From Cetorhinus maximus (taxonomy: Eukaryota), in the NCBI RefSeq assembly GCF_964194155.1, contig NW_027597787.1:1-64000 (forward strand): a stretch of 64,000 nucleotides of DNA, written 5' to 3'. The notes beneath the pieces are model-generated. The model was given only the letters and a program-made list of their open reading frames with translations, searched no databases and had not been told where the DNA came from. Within the stretch, counting starts at the first letter, position 1. Every line of letters starts with the position of its first letter. Shown here one piece after another: positions 61,665 to 64,000 of this stretch. Made by a program: the position numbers and the translations under genes.

Positions 61665-63262
61665 TTCCAAGCTCATAGTCTCCCAACCTCCCACAACTCT
61701 TTCTCCGGTACATCGATGACTGCTTCGGTGCCACTTCATGCTGTCACCTGGACGTGGAAAAATTTTATTAATTTTGCTTCCAATTTCCACCCCTCCAACA
61801 CTTTCACATGGTCTATCACTAACACTTCTCTTTCCTTCTTTGACCCCTCTGTCTCAATTTCTGGTGATAGACTGTCCACCAATATTCATGACAAGCCCAC
61901 CGACTCCCACAGCTACCTCGACTACAGCTCCTTACACCCTGCTTCCTGTTAGGACTCCATCCCATTCTCTCAGTTCCTTCGCCTCCGTCGCATAGTTCTG
62001 ATGATGCCACTTTCCAAAACAGTTCTTCTGACGAGTCTTCCTTCTTCCTTAACCGAGGTTTTCCACCCACAGTGGTTGACAGGGCCCTCAACCGTGTCCG
62101 CCCCATTTCCCGCGCATCTGCCCTCACACCTTCCTCTCCCTCCCGGAACCATGATAGGGTCCCCCTTGTCCTCACTTATAACCCCACCAGCCTCCACATT
62201 CAAAGGATCATCCTCCGCCATTTCCGCCAATTCCAGCATGATGCCACCACCAAACATCATCTTCCCTTCACCCTCCCTGTCGGCATTCTGTAGGGACCAT
62301 TCCCTCCGGGACACCCTGGTCCACTCCTCCATCACTCCCTACACCTCAACCCCCTCCCATGCAACCGCATAAGGTACAACACCTGCCCCTATACTTGCCC
62401 CCTCCTCACCGTCCAAGGGCCCAAACACTCCTTTCAAATGAAGCAGCAATTCACTTGCACTTCCATCAATTTAGTCTACTGCATTCGCTGCTCCCAATGT
62501 GGTCTCCTCTACATTGGAGAGACTAAACGCAGACTGGGTGACCACTTTTCAGAACACCTCTGGTCTGTCCACAAGCACGACCCAGACCTTCCAGTCGCTT
62601 GCCATTTCAACACCCCATCCTGCTCTCATGCTCACATGACCGTTCTTGGCCTGCTGCAATGTTCCAGTGAAGCTCAACGCAAACTGGAGGAACAGCACCT
62701 CATCTTCCAATTAGGCACTTTACAGCCTTCTGGACTTAACATTGAGTTCAACAACTTCAGGTCATGAACTCTCTCCTCCATCCTCACCCCCTCTTTTATC
62801 CCCCTTTTAAAATTTAATTTTATTTATATATATATTTTTTTTCTTTTTTCACTGATTTCTATTATTATTTTTGAAATTTATTTCTATTCATTCTTTATTC
62901 CCCATCTTTAAGCCTATTTCGATCCCCTCCCCCACACCTCACCCCCACCAGGGCCATCTGTCACTGCTCATCCTGCTTTCCACCCTTAATGTCACAATTA
63001 GCACATCCTTTAGCTCATATCACCATCGTCAACACCCCTTTGACCTTTTATTTATGACAGCTTTTGCAGTCTCTCCTTTGCCTCCACCAATCACTGGCCC
63101 TCTATCCAGCTTCACCTGTCCCACCCCCTTTAACAACTTATATTTCACTACATTTCTATTTCTCTCTAGTTCTGATGAAGAGTCATATGGACTCAAAATG
63201 TTAACTTTCTCTCCACAGATGCTGTCAGACCTGCTGAGTTTTTCCAGCAATTTTTGCTTTTG
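61665..63262 (+). mobile_element. Penelope-like element, 5'-truncated (RT C-terminus, GIY-YIG endonuclease, terminal repeat with hammerhead)
   Basis: LFLRYIDDCFG at ~61697; NLVYCIRCSQCGLLYIGETKRRLGDHFSEH...GLN (62438-62767); AGTT-CTGATGA-A-GAGTC-ATATG-GACTC-AAAA-TG-TT-AACT at 63168-63206. Confidence 0.9.
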
Positions 63263-63294
63263 TTCCTGGGTAACCACCCCTTCAATTGTCTGTC

Positions 63295-63500
63295 TCTGGA
63301 CGCCACTCGCAATGCGCATGCGCACCGATATAGATGGGGCAGCCATATTGAACATGCTCCAGCTCACAATGCCCATGTGATTGATGGCAGCACCAGGCCA
63401 GTAGGAGGAAGGAGCGGGATGGAGAACTGAACGGGAGCAGCAGGTCCCCCATCCAATCGGAGTGAGTGAGGGGCGTGGCTGAGCACGGATCTCCCTCATT
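63295..63500 (-). promoter_or_regulatory. Degenerate promoter module B copy
   Basis: TGCGCATGCGCA (NRF1), ccaatcggagtgagtgaggggcgtggctgag. Confidence 0.5.
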
Positions 63501-63509
63501 TGTTGAACA

Positions 63510-64000
63510 GAGTCACATAGAGTTATACAGTACAGAAACAGGCCCTTTGGCCTATTGGGACTGTGCCGGCCATCAAGCACCTGTCTATTCTAAACCCATA
63601 TTCCACCACCTGGCCCATAGCCCTGTATGCTATGGCTTTTCAAGTGCTCATCTAAATATTTCTTAAATGTTGCGAGGGTTCCTGCCTCTACCAAGCCCTC
63701 AGGCAGCGTGTTCCAGATTCCAACCAACCTCTGGGTGAATTTTTTTCCCTCAAATCCCCTCTAAACCTCCTGCCCCTTACCTTAATTCCATGCCCCCTAT
63801 TATTGACACCTCCGCTAATTATGCCCATCATAGTTTTGTAAGCCTCTAATATGTCCCCCCTCAGTCTTCTCTGCTCTAAGGGAAACAACCCTAGCCTATC
63901 CAATCTCTCTTCATAGTTGAAACGGTCCAGCCCAGGCAACATCCTGGTGAATCTGCCCTGCACCCTCTCCAGTGAAATCACATCCTTCCTATAGTGTGGC
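63510..64000 (-). mobile_element. CR1 3' end
   Basis: LERVQGRFTRMLPGLDRFNYEERLDRLGLFPLEQRRLRGDI. Confidence 0.88.

Overview
Vertebrate genomic DNA, most likely from a cartilaginous fish (shark-type CR1/L2/Penelope/SINE repertoire; this is inference). The window is part of a tandem cluster of KRAB-less C2H2 zinc-finger genes. It holds seven substantial finger arrays of 8-13 fingers, two head-to-head pairs, several decayed fragments and two recurring CpG-rich promoter modules, all embedded in retroelement debris. The most striking feature is an 11.4-kb concatemer of Tx1-clade non-LTR retrotransposons (23693-35090, minus strand) bounded by a single 17-bp target-site duplication. Both full-length units start exactly at the 5' end of a remodelled U1 snRNA sequence (ATACTTACCTGGCAGGGGAGA...), although no U1 gene is present at the site. 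Directly beside it is a head-to-tail trimer of a 140-bp, poly(A)-less tRNA-derived SINE with its own TSD; a monomer with a 17-bp TSD lies at 55598. Two families of minimal hammerhead-ribozyme motifs occur in Penelope-type terminal repeats. The ZNF genes share a decayed upstream module with a conserved in-frame TGA, a re-purposed start codon (TGEKP linker changed to TMEKP) and a conserved 3'UTR motif. All comparisons were made by eye.
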